NCBI GenBank assembly: GCA_963844035.1
Contig: CAWJMT010000001.1
Coordinates: forward strand, 41,344-105,343
From: an uncultured Gemmatimonadales bacterium
Lineage (GTDB): Bacteria; Gemmatimonadota; Gemmatimonadetes; Gemmatimonadales; GWC2-71-9
Direction: 5' to 3'
Length of the DNA: 64,000 nucleotides
Shown here: piece after piece, positions 43,065 to 53,518 of the stretch
How positions within the stretch are numbered: position 1 is the first letter of the stretch
How the letters are laid out: each line of letters starts with the position of its first letter
Translations under genes and position numbers: made by a program
Notes under the pieces: generated by a model
Database searches by the model: none
What the model saw: only the letters and a program-made list of their open reading frames with translations
Told to the model about the DNA's origin: nothing

Positions 43065-43993
43065 CACCGCCGCAACGATTCCTTCACAAGGCTGCTGAGC
43101 AGGAACGCGATGTTCGCGGGCCGCTCCGCCAGGCGGCGCATCAGATACGGATACCATTGGTCCCCAAACGGGACGTAGACGCGGAGCCGGTACCCTTCGC
43201 GGCGCAGCGCCCGCTGGAGGTCACGCCGTACGCCGAACAGCATCTGGAACTCGAACCGAGTTGTTGGAATGCGCCGGCTGGTGACGAAGGCCTTTGCCCG
43301 AGCAATGATCCGTTCGTCGTGGGTAGCGATCGCGGGATAGTTCCCCCGCTCCAGCAGCTGTTCCATGCAGGTGATGTAGTTGGCGTCCACATCCTTCTTG
43401 TCCGGGAACGCGATGTCCGCCGATTCCTGGTAGGCGCCCTTGCACAACCGGACCCGCGCGCCGAGTGCGATCATGTCCGTGACATCCCGCTCGGTGCGGC
43501 GCAGGTACGACTGGAGCACGACGCCGACGGTATCGCCAAACTCCGGGTGGAATCGGTGTTTGAAAAGTTGGAGCGTGCGCTCGGTGTAGGCCGACCCTTC
43601 CATATCAATGCGGACAAACGACCTCTGCGCCCCGGCGCGGGACACGATCGCGCACACGTGCTCGACGCATTCCTGCTCGCCGATGTCGAGGCCCATCTGC
43701 GTGAGCTTGAGCGACACGTTGGAGTCCGCACCAACGGCTCGGATCCGTTCGAGCGCCTGGATGTAGGTGTCGCGGGCCGTGCGGGCGTCCGCCACGTTCC
43801 GTACTGCCTCGCCAAGCAGGTCAAGGGTCGCCGAGATACCCGCGGCGTTGAGCTCGCGCAGCGCGGTCACCGCACTGTCCACCGTGTCTCCGGCGACAAA
43901 GCGCGAGGCGAGGTGTCGCGCGATGCCGTTGGCGCGGACGAACCGGAACACGCTCGGTTGTTCGCTGAGCCACAGGAGGCCGGCGCGCAGCAC
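43064..43993 (-). CDS. Monofunctional proline dehydrogenase
   Basis: 'RFVAG', 'DLLGE', 'RIDME', 'RLCKGAY', 'ATHD', 'YLMRRLAERP'. Confidence 0.92.
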   Translation of the reverse strand: MLRAGLLWLSEQPSVFRFVRANGIARHLASRFVAGDTVDSAVTALRELNAAGISATLDLLGEAVRNVADARTARDTYIQALERIRAVGADSNVSLKLTQMGLDIGEQECVEHVCAIVSRAGAQRSFVRIDMEGSAYTERTLQLFKHRFHPEFGDTVGVVLQSYLRRTERDVTDMIALGARVRLCKGAYQESADIAFPDKKDVDANYITCMEQLLERGNYPAIATHDERIIARAKAFVTSRRIPTTRFEFQMLFGVRRDLQRALRREGYRLRVYVPFGDQWYPYLMRRLAERPANIAFLLSSLVKESLRR

Positions 43994-44009
43994 TAGGGGC
44001 GGTGGTCGA

Positions 44010-46143
44010 TCACGGATAGAACTTGGCGCCGCGGCGCGCCAGGTCCTGCAGGACTTCCGAGGGCTCAAACCGGGCACCGTGGCGCTCCTGTAGACGTTCC
44101 AACTCGCCGACGAGGCGTGCTGCCCCGAGGTCATCGGCGTGTCGCAGGGGACCACCCCGGAATGGCGGGAACCCGAAGCCGAACAACGCCGCGATATCGC
44201 CGTCCCGGGGCGAGCGCACGACGCCCTCGCCGAACGCCCGGGACGCCTCGTTGAGCATGATCAGGACCAGTCGCTGGATCACCTCGGCGGCGCGGGAGCC
44301 GCCGTTGGGGTGGACGCCGAGCAGGTCGTATACGCTGGTATCCACGCCCTTCTTGGTTCCCCCGGCGTAGCGGTAGAACCCGCGGGCCGCCTTACGGCCG
44401 AGGCGGGCGTCCTGGACGAGTTTTCCAAACGCCGGCGCCGCCGCGAGCCGATCGCCGAACGCCGCGTGCAACACGCCCGAGGCCTTCTCGGCAACGTCCA
44501 ACCCGACCTCGTCGAGCAGCGTGATCGGACCCACGGGGAAGCCCCACGCCACCATGAGCCGGTCCAGCTCATCGATCGCCACGCCCTCGCCGAGCAGGTG
44601 GCCCGCTTCGTTCATGTACGGCGCGAGGATGCGGTTGACCCAGAAGCCCGGGCTGTCGCGCACCACGATGGCGGTCTTCCCCATCCGGCGACCGAACGCG
44701 ACGGCCGTGCTGATGACCTCGGGCGCGGTGCGATCGGCGGGGATGACCTCGAGCAGCGGCATGCGCGCAACCGGCGAGAAGAAATGCATCCCGATCACGC
44801 GCTCGGGCCGCTGGGCTGCTTCGGCGATCCGGCCGATCGGGATCGTGGACGTATTGGACGCGAAGATTGTGGTCGCCGGCGTCACGCCCTCGACCTCGCG
44901 CAACACCTGCTGCTTCACGCCCAAGTCCTCGAACACCGCCTCGATCACGAGCTCGGCGCGGCCAAATGCCGCGTACCCATCGCCACCCGACAGCAGGGCG
45001 ACGAGACGGGTGTGCTCGTACTTGGTGATACGCCGCCGTCGCAGCCGCTCGTCGAGAATCTCCCGCGCGGCGTGCAGGCCCCTGGCGACCTGCGGGAGGG
45101 CGGCGTCCTTCATGCGTACATCCACGCCGGCCTGCCCGGCCGCGGTGCCCGCGATCCCCGCGCCCATGAACCCGGCGCCCACCACCGCGAGCCGGCGGAT
45201 GTCGAGCGGGCGGCGGCGCATTCTCCACCCCGAGATCCTTTTTGAGCTGGGTGGTGGCGAAGAAGATCTGCACGAGCTTGCGCGACACATCGGTGGCCGC
45301 GAGCTGGCCGAATAGCTCGGCCTCACGTTTCAGGCCCTCTGCCATGCCGTGGCGGAACCCGTGCTCTACGGCGTCCAGCGCCGCGAGCGGTGCGGGATAG
45401 TTGCCACGTGTGGTCGCGAGCACCTGACGGCGGGCCTGGCGGAACACGACTTTGCGGCCGAGCGGATTGCCGTCGAGCAACCAGCCGACGATCCCTCCCC
45501 GCCCCGCTCGTCTGGGCTGCCAACCGCCCGCCAGGCGCCGGGCAGCACCGAGCGCGATCTCACGCAGGATCGCGGGCGGCACGAGCTCGTCCACGAGCCC
45601 GAGTCGGAACACCTTGGCGGCGCGCTCGACCTTGCCGGCGAGGATGATGTCCAGTGCCGCCCGCGCGCCGATCAGGCGGGGGAGGCGCTGGCAGCCGCCG
45701 GCGGCGGGCAGGATCCCGAGCTGCACCTCGGGGAGGCCCAGCTGGGTCTTGGGGTGATCGGTGGCGATGCGGTAGGCGCACGCCAGCGCGAACTCGAGTC
45801 CTCCGCCCAGGCACGCGCCATGGATCGCGGCGACGACCGGCTTCGGGAAGCGCGCGACGCGCTCGAGCATGTCCTGGCCACCTGCGGCGAGGCGCTCCGC
45901 CTCGGCGGCGCTCTTGAGCGCGACAAACTCCTCGACATCGGCGCCGGCGATGAAGATGTCGGCTTTACCGGACATGAAGACGACCGCCTTCACTTCCGGG
46001 TCGCGCGCGAGCATCTCGAACGTCGCGAGGAATTCGTCCTTGACCGACTGCGTGATCTTGTTGACGGATTCCCCGGGCAGGTCGAATGTGACCACCGCAA
46101 CGCCGTCGACGTTGTCCCAGGTGAGGGCGGCACCGGCGGTCAT
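44010..46143 (-). CDS. fadJ: Fatty acid oxidation complex alpha subunit (frameshift near 45215)
   Basis: ECH 'GACLGGGLE', 'GLPEVQLG'; HAD 'GAGFMGAGIA', 'ASNTS', 'GMHFFSP'. Confidence 0.88.
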
Positions 46144-47405
46144 CAACGGCGCTCCAGCACCATTGCGAACGCCATTCCCCCCTGAGCGCAGATCGAAACG
46201 AGACCGAGCTCGACGTCGCGGCGCTTCATCTCGTGGGCGAGACTGGTGACCAGACGACCGCCCGTCGCCCCGAACGGGTGACCGATCGCGACCGATCCAC
46301 CCATCACGTTGATGATTCCCTCGTCGATCTTCCATCCCTTCGCCGCGAACCCTTGAAGGTTCGAAAGGACCTGAGCCGCGAAGGCTTCGTGGATCTCGAT
46401 CAGCCCCAGGTCGCTCCACTTGATTTTCGCCCGCTCGAGCGCCTTCGGCACGGCCCAGACCGGCCCCTGCAGCAGCTGCCACCCAGGGTCCACCGCAGCC
46501 ACGGCATAGGACCGGATGAAGGCGAGGGGCGCGTACCCGAGCGTCGTGGCGGTGTCCTCCCCCATCAGCAGCACCGCCGAGGCTCCGTCGGTGAGCGGCG
46601 AGGCGTTCGCGGCGGTGACCGAGCCGTAGCGGCGATCGAACACGGGCTTGAGCTTCGCCATCTGCTCGAGCGAGCTGTCCCGCCGAATGCCGTTGTCCTG
46701 GGTGATCACGGGCTCGCCCAGCCGGGCCGAAAACCACGGCGCGATTTCGGCGGTGAGTCGGCCGTCGTCGGTGGCCTGGGCGGCGAGCTGGTGGCTGCGA
46801 AGCGCCCAACGGTCCTGCGCGTCCCGGCTGATGTGGTTTTCCTTGGCCATCTTCTCAGCCGATTGCCCCATCGATTCACCGGTCGACGGCTCCGCGATGG
46901 CGGGGGAGACGGGAATGAGATCGCGCGGGCGAATCTTGCTGAAGGTCCGGATCCGGGCGCCCAGGGTTTTTGCCTTGCTGGCTTCGACGAGGACGTCGGC
47001 CAACCGCCGGGACGCCAGTATGGGAACATCGGACAGCGATTCCACGCCGCCCGCGATCGCCACGTTGGCGTGTCCGAGGACGATCTGGTCGTGCGCGGCA
47101 GAGATGGCCTGGCCGGCGGACGCGCAGGCGCGGTTGAGCGTGTAGGCGGGGATTTCCTTGGGAAACTGCGGAAGCAGGCTGACTTCGCGCGCCACGTTGG
47201 GCACGAGCGGAGACGGGACGACCTGGCCGAAGACGATCTCGTCAACGGCCCGCCCATCCAGGTTGGTGCGCTCCACCAGCTCGCGCGCCGCGTGCCGGGC
47301 CAGATCCACGCCGCGGACGTCCTTCAGGAGCGTCCCGGCCTTGCAAAACGGCGTGCGATACCCGGCGATCACGGCGACGCTCCGCCGCCCGTTCGTGCGT
47401 CGCAT
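46143..47405 (-). CDS. fadI: 3-ketoacyl-CoA thiolase
   Basis: 'NRACAS', 'HEAFAAQ', 'GHPFGATG', 'CAQGG'; SD GGAAGGAG; coupled to fadJ. Confidence 0.88.
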   Translation of the reverse strand: MRRTNGRRSVAVIAGYRTPFCKAGTLLKDVRGVDLARHAARELVERTNLDGRAVDEIVFGQVVPSPLVPNVAREVSLLPQFPKEIPAYTLNRACASAGQAISAAHDQIVLGHANVAIAGGVESLSDVPILASRRLADVLVEASKAKTLGARIRTFSKIRPRDLIPVSPAIAEPSTGESMGQSAEKMAKENHISRDAQDRWALRSHQLAAQATDDGRLTAEIAPWFSARLGEPVITQDNGIRRDSSLEQMAKLKPVFDRRYGSVTAANASPLTDGASAVLLMGEDTATTLGYAPLAFIRSYAVAAVDPGWQLLQGPVWAVPKALERAKIKWSDLGLIEIHEAFAAQVLSNLQGFAAKGWKIDEGIINVMGGSVAIGHPFGATGGRLVTSLAHEMKRRDVELGLVSICAQGGMAFAMVLERR

Positions 47406-47482
47406 TACATTCTCCTTCCGTCGGGATGGAGCGAAACCTACCATCAGGCCCGCCGCCGGGCCAAGTCGAAGGGCGGTTGCGG

Positions 47483-49168
47483 ATGGAAGCGCCGTTTTCC
47501 CAGGCCTCACGCGCCGCGGCACTCGCGGCCATGTCCGCCGAACCGGTGGACCTGCTCGTGCTCGGCGGCGGCATCACCGGCGCCGGGATCGCGCGCGATG
47601 CGGCCCTGCGCGGCATCCGCACGGCGCTCGTCGACCAGGGCGACTACGGTAGCGCGACGTCGTCGCACTCGTCGCGCCTGATCCACGGCGGTCTCCGGTA
47701 CCTCGAGCAGTTCGACTTCGGACTCGTGTTCGAAGCGTTGCACGAGCGGCGGGTCCTGCTCCGCATCGCGCCCCACCTGGTGCGTCCGCTGCCGTTCTTG
47801 TTTCCGGTGTACCGCGGCGCCCGCGTCCCCGCGTGGAAACTGGAAGCGGGGATGTGGCTGTACGACGCGCTCGCCGGGTTCCACAACGAGCACCTGCACC
47901 GCTGGCTGGGCCGCAAGCGTGTCGCCCGCCTGGAGCCGCGGTTGCGCACCAAGGGCCTCCAGGGTGCGTCGCTGTACTACGACGCGCAGACGGACGATGC
48001 CCGCCTGGTGCTCGCCACCATGCGCAGCGCGGCCCAGGCGGGCGCGCTCGTCGCCAACTACGCGGAGGCGACGAGCCTCCTCAAGTCGGACGGCCACGTG
48101 CGCGGTGCCAGCGTGCGGGACGCCCTCGGGGATCGGACGTACGCCGTGCGGGCGCTGGTGGTCGTGAACGCCACGGGTCCGTGGGTCGATGTCATTCGAC
48201 AGCGCGACGATCCGCAGGCGCGGCCCCTGCTGCGGCTCACGAAAGGCGCCCACGTGGCCGTGCCGCGGGCACGCATCGGCCACACGCACGCAGTCACGCT
48301 GACATCTCCGATCGACGGCCGCGTGATGTTCGTGCTCCCCTGGGGGGACCTGAGCTACATCGGCACGACCGACACCGACGAGGCGGTTGCACCGGACGAG
48401 GTTCGCACCAGCGGAGCCGACGTCGTCTATCTCCTGCGCTCCGTGAACGCGCTGTTCCCCGACGCCCGGCTCGGCCCCAAGGACGTGATCTCCACCTGGG
48501 CGGGATTGCGGCCGATGCTCGCCCCAGCGCATGAACGGTCGGCGTCGCAGGTGTCGCGCGAGCATCGCATCGTCGAGGCGCCGAGCGGACTGGTCACGAT
48601 CGCCGGCGGGAAACTGACCACCTACCGCCGCATGGCGCGAGACATGGTCGATTTGGTGGCGAAGCGGCTTCGCGCGCTCGACGGACGGCCCCTCGCCCCG
48701 CGCGCGGCGACGGATCGGCTGCCGCTGCCGGGCGGCGAAGCTGCTGATCTCGAAGTGCTGGTGGAGTCGCTGCGCGCGCGCGATCTGCCCGAGGGGCATG
48801 CACGGCATCTGGTCCGTCGCTACGGCAGCGAAGCGGCCGCCATCTTGAACCTGGTGGAGCGCGACCGCTCGCTCGGTGAGCAGATCGTCGCCGGACGGCC
48901 GGAGGTCTGGGCAGAAGTCGTACACGCGGTCGAGCGCGAGATGGCCGCGCGTCTTTCGGATGTGCTCATCCGCCGGCTGCACCTGTTCTACGAGGATCCC
49001 GCGCACGGCAACAGCGTGTCCACCGTCGTGGCCGCTCGCATGGGCGACCTGTTGGGTTGGGACAAGACACGACGCGAGGAGGAAGTGACCGACTACACCG
49101 CCCAGGTGAAGCGGTCGCGAGCCTTCTTGAAGGAAACCCCGAGAGTGAGTTCACCGACGACGGGCTAG
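47483..49168 (+). CDS. glpD: FAD-dependent glycerol-3-phosphate dehydrogenase
   Basis: 'GGGITGAG', 'SSRLIHGGLRYL', 'NATGPW', 'GTTD', 'GGKLTTYR'. Confidence 0.9.
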   Translation: MEAPFSQASRAAALAAMSAEPVDLLVLGGGITGAGIARDAALRGIRTALVDQGDYGSATSSHSSRLIHGGLRYLEQFDFGLVFEALHERRVLLRIAPHLVRPLPFLFPVYRGARVPAWKLEAGMWLYDALAGFHNEHLHRWLGRKRVARLEPRLRTKGLQGASLYYDAQTDDARLVLATMRSAAQAGALVANYAEATSLLKSDGHVRGASVRDALGDRTYAVRALVVVNATGPWVDVIRQRDDPQARPLLRLTKGAHVAVPRARIGHTHAVTLTSPIDGRVMFVLPWGDLSYIGTTDTDEAVAPDEVRTSGADVVYLLRSVNALFPDARLGPKDVISTWAGLRPMLAPAHERSASQVSREHRIVEAPSGLVTIAGGKLTTYRRMARDMVDLVAKRLRALDGRPLAPRAATDRLPLPGGEAADLEVLVESLRARDLPEGHARHLVRRYGSEAAAILNLVERDRSLGEQIVAGRPEVWAEVVHAVEREMAARLSDVLIRRLHLFYEDPAHGNSVSTVVAARMGDLLGWDKTRREEEVTDYTAQVKRSRAFLKETPRVSSPTTG

Positions 49169-49202
49169 ACGTGTGGCGTGAGCGCATCAGTGGCGCCCGC
49201 GG

Positions 49203-50201
49203 TCACGCCGACCCGCGCAGCGAGCGAACGTAGTCGTGCAGTACCAGGAATTTCTCGAACAGCACGACGCCTTTCCGCTTGCGGCCGAACTCGGCGAACA
49301 ACTCCCGCAACCGGCCTCGACGGGTGACGTACACCCGGAAGGTCTCGGCGAAATCTTCCTGCGGATGGGTCGCCGCGTATGCCGTCACGTAGTCGGGGAG
49401 CGTCGTGGTGACGCCACGCCGCTCGAAATCCACCCACTTCGAGTCGGCTACGCGGTAGGCCTTCTGCACTTCGCCGAACGCCCGGCGAAACCGGCCGGTA
49501 CGCGTGAGGGACCAGTGATGGAACAGAAACGAGTGCCCCAATTCATGGAGGATGAGGCCGGTGAGCATGTTCCACGAGATCTCGTTCCGGTGCGGCCGCC
49601 GGGTGACGTAGGTTCGCTCGATCTCGATGATCTTGGGGCTACGGTGCGTGACGCCCGACACTCCCGGGCGTAACACCACGCGATAGTTCCAATCCTTCAG
49701 GCGGGAGACCGCGAGCAGGCGCCGCGCGCGCCGCAGCGCTCGCGGCACCAGATCCCGACCCGTCGCGTCCTCCCCGCACCAGGGGCACGCATCCATCCAG
49801 TCATCGACCCCCTTGCTGCAGTGGGGACAGATGTTTTGGAAGGTGTCGTAGACCCATTTTTGCGCCCGCCCGCACCAGGGACAGTGCCGCATCGGGTACA
49901 TCACCCCGCCGCCACACCCCCAGCGGCACCGGCGCTCGTACTTGAACCCTTTGGGCGCTTTGAGCGGCTCGGGGCTCGAGTTCCGGTCGGCGATGTCGCG
50001 GCCGCACCAGGGACAAAATGAAAAGGTGTCCGACACCGCCCAGCGGCAGTAATAGCACTCCGCGCCGGTCACTTGCGGCATATCGCGCCATTCGAGCCGC
50101 CGGGCGCAATCGGGGCAGAACGACCAGAAGCGCTCGAGCTCCGCCCGGCACGTCGGGCAGCGCAGCTCGGGGGTCGGCACTTCGCGCCTACGCCGCGCCA
50201 T
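49203..50201 (-). CDS. Zinc-ribbon repeat + putative zinc metallopeptidase (HExxH)
   Basis: Eight Cys pairs in the N-terminal half; 'ILHELGH'; 'YAATHPQEDFAETF'. Confidence 0.8.
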   Translation of the reverse strand: MARRRREVPTPELRCPTCRAELERFWSFCPDCARRLEWRDMPQVTGAECYYCRWAVSDTFSFCPWCGRDIADRNSSPEPLKAPKGFKYERRCRWGCGGGVMYPMRHCPWCGRAQKWVYDTFQNICPHCSKGVDDWMDACPWCGEDATGRDLVPRALRRARRLLAVSRLKDWNYRVVLRPGVSGVTHRSPKIIEIERTYVTRRPHRNEISWNMLTGLILHELGHSFLFHHWSLTRTGRFRRAFGEVQKAYRVADSKWVDFERRGVTTTLPDYVTAYAATHPQEDFAETFRVYVTRRGRLRELFAEFGRKRKGVVLFEKFLVLHDYVRSLRGSA

Positions 50202-51216
50202 GGTCCCGCTTGAGCGCTTCGTCCAGGATGCGCTGGATCAGGGCGTCGTAGGTCATCCCGGCCTTCTGAGCGGCGTCGGCCATCTCGTTCTCGCGCGCGA
50301 GAAACGGGTTCGGGTTCGCCTCCAGGACGTACACCTGGTTGTCGTGCGTCAACCGCAAGTCAATACGCGCGTAGTCGTGGAGCCAGAGGGCGCGAAACGC
50401 GCGCGTGCAGATGTCGCCGATCGCATCCGTGACGTCGTCCGGCAGACCTTTCGCGAAGACGTTCCGGATCCGCTTGCGCTTGCGGTAGTCCTCGTCCCAC
50501 TTCGCCTTGTACGTCGCGATGTGATGGTCAGCCGTCTCCGGCTCGCCGAACGTCATTTCGACGATCGGGAGCACCTCGAGCTTGGTGTTTCCGATCAGGC
50601 CGACGTACAGCTCCCGGCCCTCGATCAGCTCCTCTACGATCGCACCCTGGGCAAACTTGTCGTGCACGAACTTCACGCGCTCGCTGAGGCTCTCGTCGTC
50701 CTCGACCACGGACGCCTGGGAAATCCCCACCGACGCGTCCTCGAGCAGCGGCTTCACGATCAACGGGAAACGCAGCTCCGACGGCCGCACCGGCTTCTCG
50801 TCCGGCGGGAACTCGGCGAACGCCGGCACGCGGATATCGTGGTAGACGAGAACCTTCTTGCTCAACGCCTTGTTGCGGGCGACGAGCAGCCCGGTGGGCG
50901 ATGAGCCGGTGTAGCGGTGGCCGTGCATTTCGAGCAAGGCGGCGATGGCATACTCATGCTGGGCACTGCTGCGGAACGCCTCACACCCGTTGAACACGAT
51001 CTTGGGCTGGAAGGCGGCCAGGCCGGCGAGCACCGGCCCGAGCTCCCGACCGACTCCGACCATCAGCACCTCGTGGCCCAGCGCCACCAGCGCACGCGCC
51101 ACGTCGTACTCGGCCTCCGCGACCTTCTCGGCCATCTCGCGCTTGTAGTCGCCGTCACCCCAATCAGGGTGCAGCGTGTCGAACACGACGGCGATCTTCA
51201 GCGGCGCGCTCGCCAA
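50188..51216 (-). CDS. D-Ala-D-Ala-ligase-like ATP-grasp protein
   Basis: 'VFNGCE', 'YTGS', 'FPLIVKPLLEDASVGI', 'EELIEGRE', 'YARIDLR', 'LEANPNP'. Confidence 0.85.
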   Translation of the reverse strand: MASAPLKIAVVFDTLHPDWGDGDYKREMAEKVAEAEYDVARALVALGHEVLMVGVGRELGPVLAGLAAFQPKIVFNGCEAFRSSAQHEYAIAALLEMHGHRYTGSSPTGLLVARNKALSKKVLVYHDIRVPAFAEFPPDEKPVRPSELRFPLIVKPLLEDASVGISQASVVEDDESLSERVKFVHDKFAQGAIVEELIEGRELYVGLIGNTKLEVLPIVEMTFGEPETADHHIATYKAKWDEDYRKRKRIRNVFAKGLPDDVTDAIGDICTRAFRALWLHDYARIDLRLTHDNQVYVLEANPNPFLARENEMADAAQKAGMTYDALIQRILDEALKRDHGAA

Positions 51217-51240
51217 GCGGGGATCGGCAGGATGGAGGGC

Positions 51241-52380
51241 TTAGGTGGACCGTCCGCCGGTCGCCGCCACGGCGCGCGCGTCGCGGTCGGCTTTGGCTCG
51301 GCGATACTGCTCGGTGAGCTCCTGCATCATCGCCTCGCGGCGCTGGTACAGGCGCTTGAGCCGCCGCGGCTTGCGGCGCGCCAACGCGTAGGCGGTGAGG
51401 AGGGGGAAGGCCACCGTGTTGTCGAGGTAGCACACCACCGTGCCGGGGAGCTTGTCGGGATCCACTTTGCCCCAGCTCACCGCCTCGGCCGGCGTGGCAC
51501 CCGAGAGGCCCCCGGTATCGGGCCGGGCATCGGTCATCTGGAGAAAGTAATCGTGCCCCGTTTCGCTGATGCCCAGCACTTCCTGAATCTGGGGCTCAGT
51601 CTGCAGGACGAAGTTCTTGGGGCTCCCGCCCCCGATGATCAAGATGCCGCTTTTCCCACCGGACGCCTTCGCCTGATAGACGATGGCGGCGGTCTCGTTC
51701 ACGTCGGCGCTGACGTCGAAGCGCAGCGCGCTGCCGGCCAGGGCCTGCTCCGCGACGTTCATCCCGATCGACGAGTCGCCCGGCGACGAGGTGTAGATCG
51801 GGACGCCGCATTGATGGGCGACGCCCAGCACCGACTTCCGGGTGATGCCGAGGGCCTGCTCGCGCTGCACGATGTACCCGCCGAGCAGGTAGTGGTACTC
51901 CGCTGTGCTCATCGAGCGCTGGAACTCCGGGCGCGCCGAGACTTCGCGGATGTACGCGTCGGTGGACAGCAACACCTCGTAATCGAAAAAGATGTCGTAG
52001 ATCCGCACCACGCCGTGTTCACGCAGCTCAACGTCATCCACGAACGGGGTGCCCTTGTGCATCGACAGCCCGAGCCCGAAGTGTGCGTCGTGGTACAGGT
52101 TCGCCCCCGTCGACACCGCCCAATCGACGAACCCCGCTTCCATCAAAGGGATGATGGTCGACATTCCGAGCCCGGCCGGCGTCATTGCGCCCGTCAGGCT
52201 CATTCCAACGGTCACATCATCTTCGAGCATCCGGGCGGCGAACAGCCGGCATCCCTCGGCCAGGCGCCCGGCGTTGTAGGCCAGGAACGCGTTGTCCACG
52301 AGCTCCGCGATCGTCTCTTTGCCGGTGATCGGACGCGGATCGATCCGCGCGCCGCGGAGGAAGTCAGCCCGCGAGGTCAT
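51241..52380 (-). CDS. speY: Deoxyhypusine-synthase-like protein, SpeY (homospermidine biosynthesis) type
   Basis: 'STGANLYHD', '[21 protein letters not shown]', '[23 protein letters not shown]' with the catalytic Lys retained; SpeY subtype assigned from recall. Confidence 0.8.
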   Translation of the reverse strand: MTSRADFLRGARIDPRPITGKETIAELVDNAFLAYNAGRLAEGCRLFAARMLEDDVTVGMSLTGAMTPAGLGMSTIIPLMEAGFVDWAVSTGANLYHDAHFGLGLSMHKGTPFVDDVELREHGVVRIYDIFFDYEVLLSTDAYIREVSARPEFQRSMSTAEYHYLLGGYIVQREQALGITRKSVLGVAHQCGVPIYTSSPGDSSIGMNVAEQALAGSALRFDVSADVNETAAIVYQAKASGGKSGILIIGGGSPKNFVLQTEPQIQEVLGISETGHDYFLQMTDARPDTGGLSGATPAEAVSWGKVDPDKLPGTVVCYLDNTVAFPLLTAYALARRKPRRLKRLYQRREAMMQELTEQYRRAKADRDARAVAATGGRST

Positions 52381-52384
52381 GGCG

Positions 52385-53128
52385 TCAGAGATCCCGTGGA
52401 GTGTCGAATGCCCTGCCCCGGCGGTCACGCGCCGCGCTGATGATCGCGACGGCTTCGGCGGGCGAGTCGGTGACGTGGAAGAGGTCGAGGTCCGTGGTCG
52501 AGATCTTGCCTTCACCGGCTACCCGGTCGCGCAACCAGTCGACCATCCCTGACCAATAGTCCCGGCCAAACAAGACCACCGGGAACAGTTTCACTTTTCC
52601 CGTCTGGATCAGCGTCAGCGCCTCAAACATCTCATCGAGGGTGCCGTACCCGCCTGGGAAGACGACGAACGCCATGGCGTACTTCATGAACATCGTCTTG
52701 CGAACGAAGAAGTAGCGGAAGTTGATCGCCCGCTCGACGTAGGCGTTGAGGGCCTGCTCGAACGGCAGCTCGATGTTGCAGCCGATCGAAAGGCCGTTCC
52801 CCTCCTGCGCACCGCGGTTGGCGGCTTCCATGATGCCGGGGCCGCCCCCCGTGATGATAGGGAAACCCTCTAGCGCAAGCAGGCGTCCTGTCTCGACAGC
52901 CTTCTCGTAATAGGCGTCCCCGGGCTCCGTGCGCGCCGATCCGAAGATCGTGACGGCGCTGTGGACGTCCGACAACGTGTCGAACCCTTCCACAAACTCC
53001 CCCATGATCCGCAGCACGCGCCAGGAGTCCGTCTTCGTGAATGCCCGCCGCTCACGGGGGACCTGTGTGAGGAGCCGTTCGTCTTCCGTTACCGGTCCGC
53101 GTTGCGAGCCGCTGGGGCGCTGGGGCAT
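52385..53128 (-). CDS. LOG family (TIGR00730) nucleotide phosphoribohydrolase
   Basis: 'FGSAR', '[14 protein letters not shown]', 'YFFVRK', 'PGGYGTLDE'. Confidence 0.92.
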   Translation of the reverse strand: MPQRPSGSQRGPVTEDERLLTQVPRERRAFTKTDSWRVLRIMGEFVEGFDTLSDVHSAVTIFGSARTEPGDAYYEKAVETGRLLALEGFPIITGGGPGIMEAANRGAQEGNGLSIGCNIELPFEQALNAYVERAINFRYFFVRKTMFMKYAMAFVVFPGGYGTLDEMFEALTLIQTGKVKLFPVVLFGRDYWSGMVDWLRDRVAGEGKISTTDLDLFHVTDSPAEAVAIISAARDRRGRAFDTPRDL

Positions 53129-53251
53129 GGTCGTCCCTACTGGAAGACCCGGGAGATTCGGGCGTGGGGGCCGGCGAGGATCATAGGCGGTCAATATACA
53201 GAGGCGGGGCGCGCCGGACACAGCGTCGGGCCGCGTGTAGATTGCATCCCT

Positions 53252-53518
53252 ATGCGGGCTCGTGCAGGGTGGCCGTCGCTCTCGCTGCAGTTGGCGCTGC
53301 GCGCCCTCGTGAATCCACGGCTTGCCCTCGACCTGGTGCGGCTGGCGTGGAGCTTCCGGGCGCGCCACTGGTACCGTCAACCTCCCTTCCTTCCGTTCCC
53401 TCCCAGCGAGTACCTCCGGTGGCGCATGTTCACCGCCTACGGCGACGAGCATGCGGTGCCGCCGCTCGAGGATGTCATCCGTTTCGCCCGATGGCGGCGT
53501 GAGACGATGCGGGTATGA
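53252..53518 (+). CDS. Small hypothetical protein
   Basis: 88 aa 'WYRQPPFLPFPPSEYLRWRMFTAYGD'; ATGA-coupled to queG. Confidence 0.7.
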   Translation: MRARAGWPSLSLQLALRALVNPRLALDLVRLAWSFRARHWYRQPPFLPFPPSEYLRWRMFTAYGDEHAVPPLEDVIRFARWRRETMRV

